Below are positions 28,629-42,583 of a DNA stretch of 64,000 nt, piece after piece. The position numbers and the translations under genes were made by a program. The stretch lies in assembly GCF_009914755.1 (NCBI RefSeq), contig NC_060927.1. One strand, 5' to 3'. The notes beneath the pieces are model-generated. The model made no database searches and was not told the DNA's origin. It saw only the letters and a program-made list of their open reading frames with translations. Every line of letters starts with the position of its first letter. Position 1 is the first letter of the stretch. This DNA is from the human T2T-CHM13v2.0 reference genome, Homo sapiens.

Positions 28629-28974
<346 letters not shown>

Positions 28975-29138
28975 GACAATGTATTTTTTTTTTAAATGCG
29001 TTTGTTTTGGTGAATTTTCCTTTCGAAGAAAGATAGCAAAATGGTAATCATATCTTAACTGATATTAGTCTGTGTGCAGAGGAATACCAATTATGTTCCA
29101 TGTCCTGGGAAGTTTATATAACTATACATAAAGATGTA

Positions 29139-29619
29139 GGCTGGGTGCAGTGGTTCATGCCTGTAATCCCAGAACTTTGGGAGGCTGAGGTAGGAGGATC
29201 GCTTGAGGCCAGGAGTTTGAGACCAGACTGGGCAAAATAGCAAGACCACAGTCTCAACAAAAAATAAAAAAAATTAGCTGGGCATGGTGGTACATGCTGC
29301 TGAGGCAGGAGGATCACTTGAATGCAGTTTGAGGCTGCAGTGAACTATGATCATGCCACTGCATTCCAATCTCGGTGACTGCGAGATCCTATCTCTTAAA
29401 AGGTAAGACAGCCGAGTATGGTGGCACATGCCTGTAGTCCCAGCTACTTGGGAGGCTGAGGCTGAGGTAGAACAGCTTGAGTCTGGGAGGAGGAAGTTGC
29501 AGTGAGCTAAGATTGTGTCACTGCACTCCAACCTGGGTGACAGAATGAGACCCTGTCTCCAAAAAAAAAAAAAAAAAAAAGAGAAAGAAAAAAAAGAAAT
29601 GAAGAAAGAAAAAAGAAAA
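29139..29619 (+). mobile_element. AluJ followed by an extra right monomer (trimeric arrangement) with an A/GA-rich tail
   Basis: Dimer 29139-29400 (right arm has a deletion), 10-bp spacer, then gccgagtatggtggcacatgcctgtagtccc...A20. Confidence 0.85.
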
Positions 29620-30834
29620 GTACAGAAATCACAAATTCAAATTCAGTTCATCCTGAGTTTACCATGCCTTTCCTAGGCCAACCAGGATGGGCCTGAAATA
29701 AGTCTTTCACAAGATTTCAGTTCATTAACTGCCCAAGTATCACTCAACTCTTTTCTGTTAATGTTGTTGAAACTCTATTTACAGCTTTTTCTTCAGCATT
29801 TTATTTTATAGCAATATAAGAAGAATGCTGAACATCAAACCCATGGCAGGGACAGGCTGAATTTTGGGCAGGTATCTTAAAGTCTTGTGGACAAAGTGAC
29901 TTACAGAAGCAGAACTGACAGTGGTAGATGCAAGTTTTCTAGAAGAAACAATATGCAAATAACAAATCAAAACTAAATAAAGCCCATGCTACGCTTCTGA
30001 CTTTGCAAAATGCTTCTGTTAATTTAGCATCATCACAAAATCGACTTACAATAATGCTTAAATAACAGCAATCAAAATAGATAAAAACTGAAATCGATCT
30101 AAGTTATAGTTAACTCTGTCCACTTCTGAGGTATATATTATATGAGAGTAGACTGCTCTTTAATGTAATTTTAGGTAAAACAAACATTCTGTCCAAGAAT
30201 GAGTTTGACTTTGGATGGTGAACAACTCCCCTTGGCCATACTCTGCACTCTGTAATGGAAGTCTGTAGATCAGCTGACCTACCTCCTCTCTGCCACTCTT
30301 ACCCCTATGGCAACATTTCAATATTTTAAGTCCAAACTCATTTTGTTATGATAGTATAAAAATATTTAAATGCTAATTCACACTAAGCCTAACTAAATAC
30401 TAGATGCTACAAGAAGTACACATAACTATAAGGTGGTACATATTTTCCTTCTACTGAGTCTAGAGAAATCAAACTCATCCAACAAAGGTAATTACAAACA
30501 GTACTTTCTGGACTGATCCCCTAACTCCTGTTCTTTACTCCAAGGTGGTATCTCCATTTGAATCATCAAATAGAGATTACAGAAGGAGAAGTCTCATCTT
30601 GCTTTGAACAGCAGAGTATATTTCAAAGGACTGGCTATTTATAAATATTGGCAGAACTGAAAAGAGCAAAAGAATATCAATTCCAGAGATGCCTGTTCTA
30701 ATTTATTAAAGTACCAGCAGGAGTTAATGTAGAGGTGAAGTTATACGTTGAAAACAAAAGCACTAGGGTAAATATATTGGCACTCATGTGCTCTAGCATC
30801 AGGCGCAGGGTGCCTGATAGGTGAGGCAAGGGAT

Positions 30835-31030
30835 CAGGAGTCAGTGAGGGTCGTACTCAGATTCCTGCTCCATCCATTACTAGTGGAGCAACTGTAATGA
30901 GTTAGTTACATTCTAAGCTCTAGTTCACTCAACTGCAAAACTGCAGTAAGGATTAATTGACACAATGAGAACTAAGTTCCCAGCACAATACCAGGCACTT
31001 GATAAGAACTCAATGAAATGGAAGCTATGG
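30835..31030 (+). mobile_element. MIR
   Basis: cagattcctgctccatccattactag...agcacaataccaggcacttgataagaactcaatgaa. Confidence 0.55.
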
Positions 31031-34000
31031 TTACGTTTTGATACCACTGAGCACTGACAGACATGAATCAGAGGGCAGGTCTGACAGTTTGACGACCTAA
31101 AATTCATGATAACAAATAGGTGGAAAAAGTGATGTTTCATACTTCAAATAGTTATACATGAATTTAGGATAGATTTTGACAGGCATTATATTTTTTAAAG
31201 CAAAAACACATAGAAAAAATATGAATGCTGGATCTCATGTGAGGAGAGAGGCTGTCTTATTTCTCAGAATAGGAGCACATAGGTTTATTAATATGAAAAA
31301 GGTGTAAAATCATACTATTAATGCAGCATTTGTTTGCTAGCATATGAGAATATAATAATCAAAGTGATTTCCTGCAGTATGTCCAAATTATCATTTTTAT
31401 AAAACTATAAAACTATAAAAATGATAGTCACAATTTTTACATTAAACTGACAAATTCTATAGCACTTGTTTAACAGGAAAAAATATTTACAGTATAATGT
31501 ATGTTTGGCATGAAGAATAGAAAATATTTGACAAATGAAGAATTACTTAGCTTTCTTTCCCCTAATATCTTGCTACCAACCCTTAATTTTTATAGCATGC
31601 TAGATTACAAAAGGGGAAAAATAAAGCTCTGAAGGAGAAACAGCACTGTAAAAATATGTCGAACGTTCCTCTTTGATGAAAAATGAGACCCTTATTTTAG
31701 TGAATATGTTATTGCCTCAATGCTGGGGGGAAAGCAACCGTCATTAGAAAAATGAATTGCTCAGCTGTTTATAAGCAAAAAGCTCTGGGGGAATTTCTCA
31801 GGACCCCAAAGGCAAAGCATTACAGGGTTATGCAAACATATGTTGCAGGTGTTTTAGGGGAGACAGGTGGGCAAACCTCAGCCATGGAAGAAGAGTTAGT
31901 TTAATACGCTGTAACTGAAATGAGATAACCTAAATACATCCAAGTGCAGAGATGCCATGGCACGCGTGAACTAGAGCTGCAGAGCAAAAACTCTCCCTAA
32001 AATAATTATCTCGTTAGTGCCAAGCAAACAGAATTTTTCTCTTCTTATAGTTTTATAGAAAACAAACACTGCCAATTGCTTTTTTTTTTTTTAACTGAAG
32101 GTATTTTAAACCTGGAACAAAGAACAGCCTGAAATAGTGGTAATTATCTAAAAAAGATAAGGATTAAGTATTGTTGCCTTTATTTAAACAAATATTCCTA
32201 AGGAGACAGTTTGTTGTAATGTTCCCTCTCTGGTTCACTAGGCAACATTAGATTTATCATAATTCTCCTAAAGCCTAAGATATTTCTATATTAAAATGCT
32301 AATTTTGTCTTTTCTTTTGCCTGTAATTAAAGCTGGAAAAATTTGTGGTCTGATATTCACTGATTGCTAGAGGGTTCACAAAGGTCTCACCATTTCTGTC
32401 TCTTATTGCCACTTACTGCCCTTTTCATTAAATACAGATACAGTAACACAAGGAATCAAAAAGGCAGACGTTATAATCCCACATGCTCTCAAAATTATTC
32501 CCTTTAAAATACATATGCACACTGTATCAATAAGGGATATTGCCTGAATATTATCTAAATATTATCAAACCTAGACTTTGTATCTTATTTCTTATTCTTC
32601 ATTTATCCAAGAGTTGATTTTCTTCTTATATTACTTGTGACTAAGGACAATATTCATTTTACTATACATATTTATGCATAATAGTATATTGAGCTGTACC
32701 TTCCTGATCTAAATCACTTTTCTTTAACAGCCTTACCATGAGTTAATTTCATATACTTAGTATAAAATAAATTCACAAAACCTCAGATTTGGAAAATAAA
32801 ACCTAGTTTTTGTTTTAAATAATACACAAAATTCAAAATGTGTGAATACAATGCATCCATCAAATTAATACAGATTTTCATTAAAAAAGAATATAAATAT
32901 TTGTAACTTGGTTGTGACTAAAATATTATTTCAGCATCAGGATCAAAATGACTTCTGGTTTATTTACTAATAATTCCTATGTATTTTGATGGGAAAACAT
33001 ATATTGTGAAAACTAGGTATTAAGAATCTTAGGGCAATTGATAGAAAAATCTAGGTAATTCTCATTTATGCATCTATAGAGTAAACCAAAAAAAGAAAAT
33101 TTAGAAGAGAAAAAGTTTAAAAAAAAAGGAAGCAAAAACACCGTTAATTGGGTAAAGACACAGACAAAACCTCTGAAGCCATGCCAGCCTCATTTTACAT
33201 ACTGAATAAACCCAATTCCCTAAAGTGACATCCCCATCTATACCCTGGCAAGCCGAGATCTCAGATGGCAGAGAAGCATTTTAAACCACCTGTGCGTTAT
33301 GCTCGACTTTAGCTTCACACAATAAATAGACACCAGAAGAGAAATAAATTTTTTTCTTTTACTAATGTATTTACATTTTTGAATTTAGCGTGCAGAAAGA
33401 TGCCAGAGTAACATACCCCCTACCCTCAGTTTGTTATTTATATATATGGAAAGTAGGAGTTTAGGTCTACAAATTTTCTTTGTTGCTAATACTGGGCCTC
33501 AAAATATGTCTTTTAGATAACTGGTTGGCTCTTTTCAGTAGTACTGAACTCTTCACCTTTTTCCTTCTTCAATGTCAGTAATGGTGGGGGTGGGAGAGAT
33601 TTACTTCAACGCTTTAAGAAATATGGAAATCCATTTGTCTGTTCCTAAGAGCGGTTCCCAATCTTTGTTAAAGAAAAAAAGGAAAAAAGTGATCTCAAAA
33701 AAATATTCCTAAAGATTCCAATTTGGGAAACAGAGGTAAAGTCTGATATAAAAGTTATCATTGCAAATTTTTATTTTTAGAAATGTTAGAACAGTTTAAT
33801 CAAGTAACCATCGAAATAGAGGCAATTTAAAAATACTGTTAGAATTTTTGAACCCCCAAGAATAAGTCCTTGGACTGAGAACTCTGATTTGGAAAATTTT
33901 TCTCCCATCTTCTTTTTCCTGTCTTCTTCTCTTTCAACACCTGCTTTTGGAATTGCCAAGGCAACAAAAACCAAGGTCCTGCACATGAAGCCTGGTAGAA

Positions 34001-34531
34001 GGAAGCTTTGCACAGCCACACTTTTAATGCAACTGGGGCAGTAATTTCAATGAAAAAACATCTTGGAATTAAAAATTCATTTATTGTAAAAACCCATTCT
34101 TACCAAGGTCATTTGCTTCCACTGTATTTTTTGTGAATCTTATTAGTAAAAAGTGAAATATGAACTTTGAAATTTCTAAGTGAAGGAAGAAATCACGATG
34201 CAAACACAAATAACACCTAGATTTGAGTTGTATTTTCCTGAGTGAGCCTGTTATCTATATAGGGGAAAGTATGTCAAGTTAGACCACAGAGAAGACCATG
34301 GAGAAGAGTCCATGTAGATGGACTTTTGCCTTTGGATTATCTTATTCTAGACTCCATGTGTCATTTTAAAAAAGAACACTAATCTTAGATGTGAATTTCT
34401 CTAAATAGCAGATAGTGTTGTAAAATATTTTTAATCAATAATCTTTGATACAGCTCTGCCTTAAAACCAACTACTTTAATAATAATGATTGGAAAACCAA
34501 TTACATGCTGCTTACATAATATCTATGCTAT

Positions 34532-35010
34532 GTGTTCTTAATATTTTTTATGCCACAGAATCCTCTGCTTTCTGGTAAAGATTTTGGTCTCCTTTCTAGA
34601 ATAATGTTTTAAAAAATGCATAAAATAAAGTATATCGGGTAATAAAGAAAATAAAAAAATAGTAACAGAATACTGAACAAAGTTGTAATATACTCACATG
34701 TGCTTTTATATTAATAATTATATGACAAGATATAGTGGCTGGTATGATCATTAGTATAATTTTAAAGTAGTAATGAATGTAAATAGTATTTCAAGATATC
34801 TTCATGAACTGTAATCGGATAGGAAAACTCTGTGAGTGTTATTAGTGACAATGTTTCAGATACTGCTAATAATATTGTAGTTTGTTGCCTATACCCATAT
34901 TTGAAGAAAATATAAATTTCAGTAAGGGCTTAATGAAAATAAAGATGTAAATTTTTCCCATCCAACTTCCCAGACCCCTTAAATTCCATCAAGAGACCAT
35001 TCGGGGGCTT
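34532..35010. mobile_element. hAT-Charlie-family element (MER119-like)
   Basis: gttcttaatattttttatgccacag...gaataatgtttt..aatgcataaaataaa...cccatccaacttcccagacccctt. Confidence 0.6.
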
Positions 35011-35680
35011 GATGCCTTTTTCCAGAAAACTGAAAGGTGATTTTGGCTAACAGCTTTCCTCTTGGGAAGGTTTAGTCTTATGGATACTACTATACTAGTT
35101 TCTTAACTCTTTTACTACTGAATGAATATGTTCGGGGTAGTAGTCAAAACATAAAACAAGTGGTTTAGTATAGGCAGCTACCATCAGGACCTATAGGGAT
35201 CCAGGAAGAAATGCCTGGAAAGCCCCTGCCATGCCAGGATTTAACCCCTCTGATACTGAATTTCTTTAGCTACTTACACATAAGTACTTCAACATTTTAG
35301 TAACTGTTATAAGCTGCAACACCAGATGAATGGCAGCCAGCCCTGGATAGGAGTAACATTTAGGATTGGGGCATATTTAGATGCACAAGTTTTGGCCCAG
35401 ATAACATCCAGTACCTCACCTGAATAAGAAGTCTAGGAGGGGTCAGTGGGGAGAATGAAGGGAGAATGCTCACGAACAGTGAAGTAAGTTGTCTACTTCT
35501 GAAGAGCCTACTCTTTCTGTGCTAACTCCTCTGAGAGGGTTTCTGTTGCTGTGGGACTGCCGATAGCAGAGAGATTTGTAGTGGTCTGTTCCCTAAGTAG
35601 AGCTGTCCACAGATTACTTGATTGTTTTAAGAGGTAGCTGAACTTTCTTAGTCTGCAGCCAGAAATTGACTATTTCTTCT

Positions 35681-38090
35681 TTAACTTCAATTTTTATTTT
35701 AGATTCATGGGGTACATGTACAGGTTTGTTTCAAGGGTATATTGCATGATACAAAGGTTTGGGCTTCTATTAATCCCATTACCCAGATGGTGAACACAGT
35801 ACCCAATAGGAAGTTTTATGGGTCTTGTCTCCCTCCCTCCCTCCCTCCCTCCTTCTGGAGTCTCTAGTGTCTCCTGTTTCTGGGTTTAGGTCAGTTGAAC
35901 CCAAGATATAGCTCCCATTTGTAAGTGAGAACATGTGATAATTTGGTTTTGTTTCTGTGTTAAGTCACTTAGGACTATGGCCTCCAGCTACATCTATGTT
36001 GCTGTAAAGGACACAGTTTCATTCCTTTTTATGGCTGTGTAGTGTTCCATGGTGTATATGTACCACATTTTCTTTATCCAATCCACCACTGATGGGCTCC
36101 TAGGTTTATTCCATGTATTTGCTGTTGTGAATAGGGCTGCAATTAACATAAGCATGTATGTATCTTTTACTTAGAATGATATATTTTCCTTTGGGCATAT
36201 ACCCAGTAATGCGATTGCTGGGTTGAATGGTAGTTCTATTTTTAGTTCTTTGAGAAATGTCCAAACTGCTTTCCATAGCGGCTGAACTAATTTACATTCC
36301 CATCAACAATGTGTAAGAGTTCCCTTTTCTCCGCAGTCTCACCAACATCTGTTATTTTTCAACTTTTTAATAATAGTCATCCTGACTGGTGTGAGATGGT
36401 ATCTCACTACAGATTTGATTTGCATCTCTGATGATCAGTGATGTTGAGCATTTTTTCATATGCTTGTTGGACACTTGTATGTTTTCTTTTGAGAACTGTC
36501 TGTTCATGTCCTCTGTCTACTTTTTAATGGATTTTTTTCCCTTGATTTGTTTAAGTTCCTTATACATTTTGGATATCAAATCTCTCTGCTATCAGTCCCG
36601 CAGCAATGGAAACCCTCTCACAGGAGTTAGCACAGAAAGATTGAGCTCTTCAGAAGTAGACAAGAAGTAGACTTACAGTGAAGTAAGTAGAAGGCTCATT
36701 TACTTCACTGTAAGTGAGCATTCTCCCATTATGCAAAGTTTGCAAATATTTTCTCCCATTCTGTAGGTTGTCTACTCTGTTGATAGTTTCTTTTGCTGTG
36801 CAGAGCCCTTTAGTTTAATGAGTTCTCACTTGTCAGTTTTTGTTACAGTTGCTTTTGAGGACTTAGCCATAAATTATCTGCCAAGGCTGATGTCCAGAAG
36901 AGGATTTCCCAGTTTTTTTCCCTAGGATTTTTATAGGCTGAGGTCTCACTTTTAAGGCTCTGATTTATCTTGAGGTAATTGTTGTATATGGTGAAGGTAG
37001 GAGTCCAGTTTCATTCTTCTGCATATAGTTAGCCAGTTTTCCCAGCACCACTTATTGAATAGAGAGTCTTTTCCCCATTGCTTATTTTTGTCAGCTTTGT
37101 CAAGTATCAGTTGGCTGCAGGTGTGTTGTCTTATTTCTGAGTTCTCTATTCTGTTCCATTGGCTTATGTGTTTGTTTTTGTAGCAGTACCATGCTGTTAT
37201 GCTTACTGTGGCCTTGTAGTATAGTTTGAAGTCAGGTAATGTGACATCTCCAGCTTTGTCCCTTTTGCTTAGGATTGCTTTGGCTATTCAGGCTCTTTTT
37301 CAGTTTCATATTAATTTTAGAATAGTTTTTTCTAACTCTGAAAAATGGAATTGGGAATTTGATAGAAATAGCAGTTTTGAATCTGTAGATTGCTTTGGGC
37401 AGTAGGACATTTTAATGGTATTAATTCTTCCAATCCATAGCCTGGAATGTTTTTCCATTTGTTTTTGTCACCTATGATTTCTTTCGGCAGTGTTTTGCAG
37501 TTCTCCTTGTAGAGACCTTTCATGTCCTTGGGAAGATGTACTCCTAGATACTTTTCTGTGGCAATGGTGAAGGAGATTACATTCTTGATTTCGTTCTCAG
37601 CTTACATTGGTGTACAGATATACTACTGATTTTTCTACATTGATTTTGTATCCTGAAACTTTACTGAAGTTGTTTATCAGGTCTAGGAGACTTTTGGTGG
37701 AGTCTTTAAGGGTTTTCTAGGTATAGCATCATATTGCCAGAGAAGAGAGATACTCTGACTACCTTTTTTCCTACTTGGAAGCCATTTATTCCATTCTCTT
37801 GCCTGACTGCTTTGGCTAGGACTTCCAGTACTATGTTGAATAGGAGTGGCAAGAGTGGGCAACCTTATCTTCTTCCAGTTCTTAAGGGGAATGCTTCTAG
37901 CTTTTGCCTGTTCAGTATGATGTTGGCTGTGGGTTTGTCATAGATGACTCATTATTTTGAGGTATGTTCCTTCAATGCCTAGTTTCTCGAGGGTTTTTTA
38001 TCATGAAAGGATATTGGATTTTACCAAAAGATTTTTCTGCATTTATTGAGATGATCATATGGTTTTGTTTTTAATTCAGTTTATGTGGTT
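35681..38090 (-). mobile_element. 5'-truncated L1PA15/16-type element (~2.4 kb) carrying a non-L1 insertion at 36577-36727
   Basis: 3' end ttttagattcatggggtacatgtacaggtttg...aggtttgggcttct; ORF2 relic MKGLYKENCKTLPKEI..DKNKWKNIP (ORF 37332..37523). Confidence 0.9.
36577..36727 (-). other. Inverted copy of 35460-35578 inserted in L1, containing a 16-bp-arm hairpin
   Basis: Reverse complement of 35460-35578 (caaatctctctgctatc...aaaccctctca.aggagttagcacagaaaga...gctcttcagaagtagacaa...ttacttcactgt..gtgagcattctccc) aligns here. Confidence 0.92.
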
Positions 38091-38100
38091 ACTATACAAG

Positions 38101-38210
38101 ACGACCATCTGCAACCCAGTCATTAGACTTTCCAAGGCCAATGTGAAAGGAAAAATCTTAAAGGCAGCTAGAGAAAAGGGAAATATCACCTACACAGGGA
38201 ACCTCATCAG
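38101..38210 (+). mobile_element. L1 ORF1 fragment in opposite orientation abutting the L1 5' truncation point
   Basis: gtcattagactttccaaggccaatgtgaaaggaaaaatcttaaaggcagctagagaaaaggg...acctcatcaga encodes KILKAAREKG, typical of ORF1p. Confidence 0.8.
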
Positions 38211-38689
38211 AAGAAGTCACAATGGAACAGTAATCTGAAGGATGAATAGGCATTTACAACATTTGTGTTGTTGGGAGAGAGTTATGGAAAGGAGAGGTGC
38301 AGCTTAGTGAAGAAAGAATGAACTTATTGCTGTTGCGATTCTTAGAGATCTCATCAGCTGTTACACTGTGACTTATTTTTCTAGACTGTACTACTTAATG
38401 ATTATTGATATCTAGAATCTTCAAACTTTATGTGTTATACAAGTATATAAAAAGCAATAGACAATTTTTTTAAAAATCAACAAATGATACACTGTACTAT
38501 TAAATTATTTAGGAGTTGTTCTATATAACTGGAAACTTAGACAAGGTTTAAGAAAGAATTAGCTCATTTATGAGGCATCAATTAAGCAGAAAATTTAATG
38601 AAATAAACCACAGCTTAAATATGCCACAAATGAAGTCAAGCCCATGTAGTCTTCTTCCTCTTATGGAAGAAACATATAACATCAGTTAT

Positions 38690-38880
38690 TATTTACTGGT
38701 ACCAAGTAGGTGCCAGACCACATTAGTTCTTTTACAAATATTATCTCAGTCTTAAATTTTTCACAAAAAAACTCATTACCATTTTATAGGTAAAGAAAGA
38801 GGTTCGGAATAATTAGTAGTTTGGCCAAAGTTATATGAGATGGTAAGGGAACAGCCAGGAACTGAACCCAGTTCTATCTT
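38690..38880 (-). mobile_element. MIR
   Basis: gtgccagac...ccattttataggtaaagaaagaggttc...ccaggaactgaacccag. Confidence 0.6.
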
Positions 38881-39750
38881 CAAACTTCTTCTGGCTAAAC
38901 ATACCATAAGGGTTCATGAAAATATGAAGAACATTGTTAATTCTCAGTTTTCCTTTGGGAATAAATAATACAAGTTCCAAGTATATGGCATTGATAATAC
39001 TTCGTAATTTTCCACATCTCCCAAAATTAAGAATGAAAAACTGAACATATTACTTTAACAAATAACTGATTGGGAAATGCTAAAGTATATGTGTTTGAAA
39101 ATAGTCATTCCTTTGTAATCAACAGCACTATGTTGCTCATTTATTTTCATCCCAACAGTCCTCACTATTTTCACTTCTCCCTTCCTTTTTCTCAACCCTC
39201 TACAATCTTATTGCTTGACTTTTATTTTTTTATGTCACTGTTTCATTCTGAAAGAGCACTTTAATTTCCCCTTCAATGCGTACCCTAAATATGTAAACAA
39301 CTTTCAACAGGCTCATTTATTTTAAATCTCAGTTGATTTCTCTGTAACATTTGCCACTCATCATTTTCCATGTTGCTAGAATTATCTACCCTCAGGCAAT
39401 TATAATTCTGTCTTCTTACAGTTTTCCCACATTCTGAATCTTCTCCATACACTCCTTCTTCTTGACCCTACCATCTCTTTGATACCATTTCCTATGATTC
39501 CCTTCCTAGCTCACATCTCATTTCCCCAAAATATCATTCCTGGACCACTTACATTCTCTCAACTACCATTAATACTTATACTCGAAGACTCCTAAGTCTG
39601 TAATTCTGGTCCAGATCCCTTCTTAGAGCTCTAGGCATACATTCCCAATTACCCTCTGGATATTTCTACCTGGATATCCCATAACCTCCTCAGAATTGAC
39701 TCATTATCCAACCTTATTCTTACACGCAGCCACCCTCTGCAAATTTGCTA

Positions 39751-40054
<304 letters not shown>

Positions 40055-41453
40055 TCAATAGTTGAAGACTTGGGAAATGCAACAAATTGTTCATGGCTTA
40101 CAGCTAATTACCCACCAAGCCTTGTTGATACTCTTTCTTAAAAGTTCCTTGAAGTTATCTACTGTTTTCTGTTTTCAAGAAGCTCAAAGTTTAACTGTAT
40201 TTAATTAAAAAAAAAAAAAAAAGAAGGAAGAAAGGAAACAAAAAGGCAAAGAAGGAAACAGAATGCTCATATTACCTTTATTCCACTGTTTGTTTTCCCA
40301 CATCAAAAGGAATAGTTGGTAAAAAATAATACGAACTTTAATTTAAAAAACATATACATAGGTAAAAACACATTAAATCCTCTGATGAAATCCTTTAGGG
40401 CATCAACTGTGTTACCTCTAAGATACTGAAATCTCTCCTCCTTGTTTAATCAGAGGTCAATTCCTTTTGAATGAATATGTCCTAAATATATGCTGAAATT
40501 TTTTAGTTTTTGTTCATTGCTATTCCAAATACTGTTTCCTATGTGGTTGGTTAGTCTCTGGAACTCAAATACAAGAAAGTTCAAATAAGAGAGCTCAAAT
40601 AAGATGTTATTAATTAAGCAAATTAAGTAGATGATCTCAAACTAATAGCTGACATTCTCATCAGTGGATTATCTTGTAAGTGGAATACATAATAGAAATG
40701 TTCAATTAGAACCTTTATGAGAAAATCTGGCTGGATTTCTCCAGATAATGGCTGGAAAGATGAGGGTTTACCTCTTTCTTGGGTTTACGAAAATCACTGC
40801 AACTATTCCTGTCACTTTTCTGCCTTCTACAAATTTTCCCACCTGGTGCTGTTCCTCAAAGGCAGCTCAAACCATGCAGGCACCATACAATACCCACTTT
40901 AAGTAGAATAAATCTGAAATACTCTCTATTTTTATTGCTGTTGTTGTAGAAAAAAAGAGACAATTGATGAATAAGGCACTTATATTGCAATAAGAACCTC
41001 AAGAAAAGTCCAGAAAGAATCAAGTCACTAAACAACTCCAACTTTTAACAGGATGATGGACAGACTTTGGGCTGACGATTTAGTGAAACAGAGCTTTCAG
41101 CTTTATCAATTCATATATCTTCAACACATTTTCAGTAAACACTACTGAAGATAAACTTGAAGGGGCTGTCAAAAAAGTGAAAAATAATAGTGTGCAGAGA
41201 AAACCTGAAAACTGAACTCTTAATTTACTGAAGCAACCATGGAGTAAAAAGATGTTAAAGTGTCAGTATCCCTAACAAGGTGAGTGAGGGGAGGAAACAA
41301 TTATTTCCAATTTGCCTCTTCAGAAACCAATTTTAATAACAATGAGAAGTAAATCTGAGGTGCACCTAAGAATTGTGAATCAGTCAAATTCCAAAATTAA
41401 CACTATTTGCCTCTGAGAAAAGGTATACAAAGCCTTCCTCAAAAATCTGGGTG

Positions 41454-41761
41454 GGCTGGGTATGGTGGTTTATGCCTGTAATCTCAACACTTTGGGAGGC
41501 TGAGGCAGAAAGATCTCTTGAGGTCAGTTTGAGACCTGCCTAAGAAACAAAGCAAGAAACCGTCTCTACGAAAGAGTGAAAAAAAATTAGCCAGGTGTAG
41601 TGGTGCACACCTGTAGTCCCAGCTACTCGGGAGGTTATGGGGAGGACCACTTGAGCCCAGGAATTCAAGGTTGCCCTGAACTATGATTGTGCCACTGCTC
41701 TCCAGCATGGGCCACAGAGTAAGACTCTGTCTCTTTAAACAAACCAACCAACCAACCAACC
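41454..41761 (+). mobile_element. AluJ with (AACC)n tail
   Basis: Diverged dimer, cttgagcccagg; tail aaacaaacc(aacc)4. Confidence 0.88.
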
Positions 41762-41801
41762 CCCCGTAACTAGGTGGTTTCCAGGTTAGCAAGACTTGAT
41801 T

Positions 41802-41890
41802 ATATCCCTTGTATGATTAATATATATCTAACAAAAGAAGATGTCATATCCCTTATATGTTTAATATATATCTAATGAAATAAGATGTCA
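41802..41890. repeat. ~44-bp tandem duplication
   Basis: atatccctt(g/a)tatg(a/t)ttaatatatatctaa..aaa.aagatgtca occurs twice. Confidence 0.8.
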
Positions 41891-42234
41891 ATCAAAAGGG
41901 GTCTGCCAAGGAGGCAGAGAAGAGTCAAAGAGGCACATATGGGCAAAGCCAGTGGGAAAGACGGCCTGAGTTAGTAGGTAATGGACTGTGTAATTTCCAG
42001 GACCCCAGTAAGACTACCCTTACTGTGAAGTAGGTATCTTAAGAGTCTCAGAGTCCGGTTTCACTAAACATGCCTTCCCATCTGCTTCTACCTGATACCA
42101 GGTACTCCATGGAGATCTATGATTCTGATTGGGTTTTCCACATAGGTGTATAGTATGTTGGTATATGGAGTTAAGTAAGTTGTTTTTTTTCCTCATTGTA
42201 AGTGATCTGATAATGATGTGGCCTCCCATGTCTG

Positions 42235-42583
42235 TGTCTTAGTCTGTTTGGATGTTATAACAAAATACCATAAACTAAGTGGCTTATAAACAGAACAAAT
42301 TTATTTCTCACAATTCCAGGATAAAGGTGGCAGCAGAGCTGGTGTCTGGTAAGGGCTCATTCCTCGGTTCATAGATAGTGCCTTCTCACTGTTTCCTTAC
42401 GTGGTGGAAGGGGTGAGCTAGCTTTGTGGGGTTTCTTTTACAAAGGTACTAATCCCAACTATGAGGGGAGAGCCCTCACGACCTAATCACTTCACAAAGG
42501 CCCCACCTCCTAGTATCATCATCTTGGGTGGTTAAGATTTCAACATCTGAATTTTGGGAAACACAAACACCTAGACCCTAACA
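42235..42583 (-). mobile_element. MLT1A-type MaLR solo LTR
   Basis: tgtcttagtctgtttgg...aaaataccataaact...atttatttctcaca...ccctaaca; TSD gtctg/gcctg. Confidence 0.85.

Noticed and set aside
33786-34021. Possible extra exon or processed pseudogene (ORFs 33786..34019 and 33839..34021)
   Set aside because: No recognisable homology, no convincing splice-site pair, and the flanking exons already join in frame.
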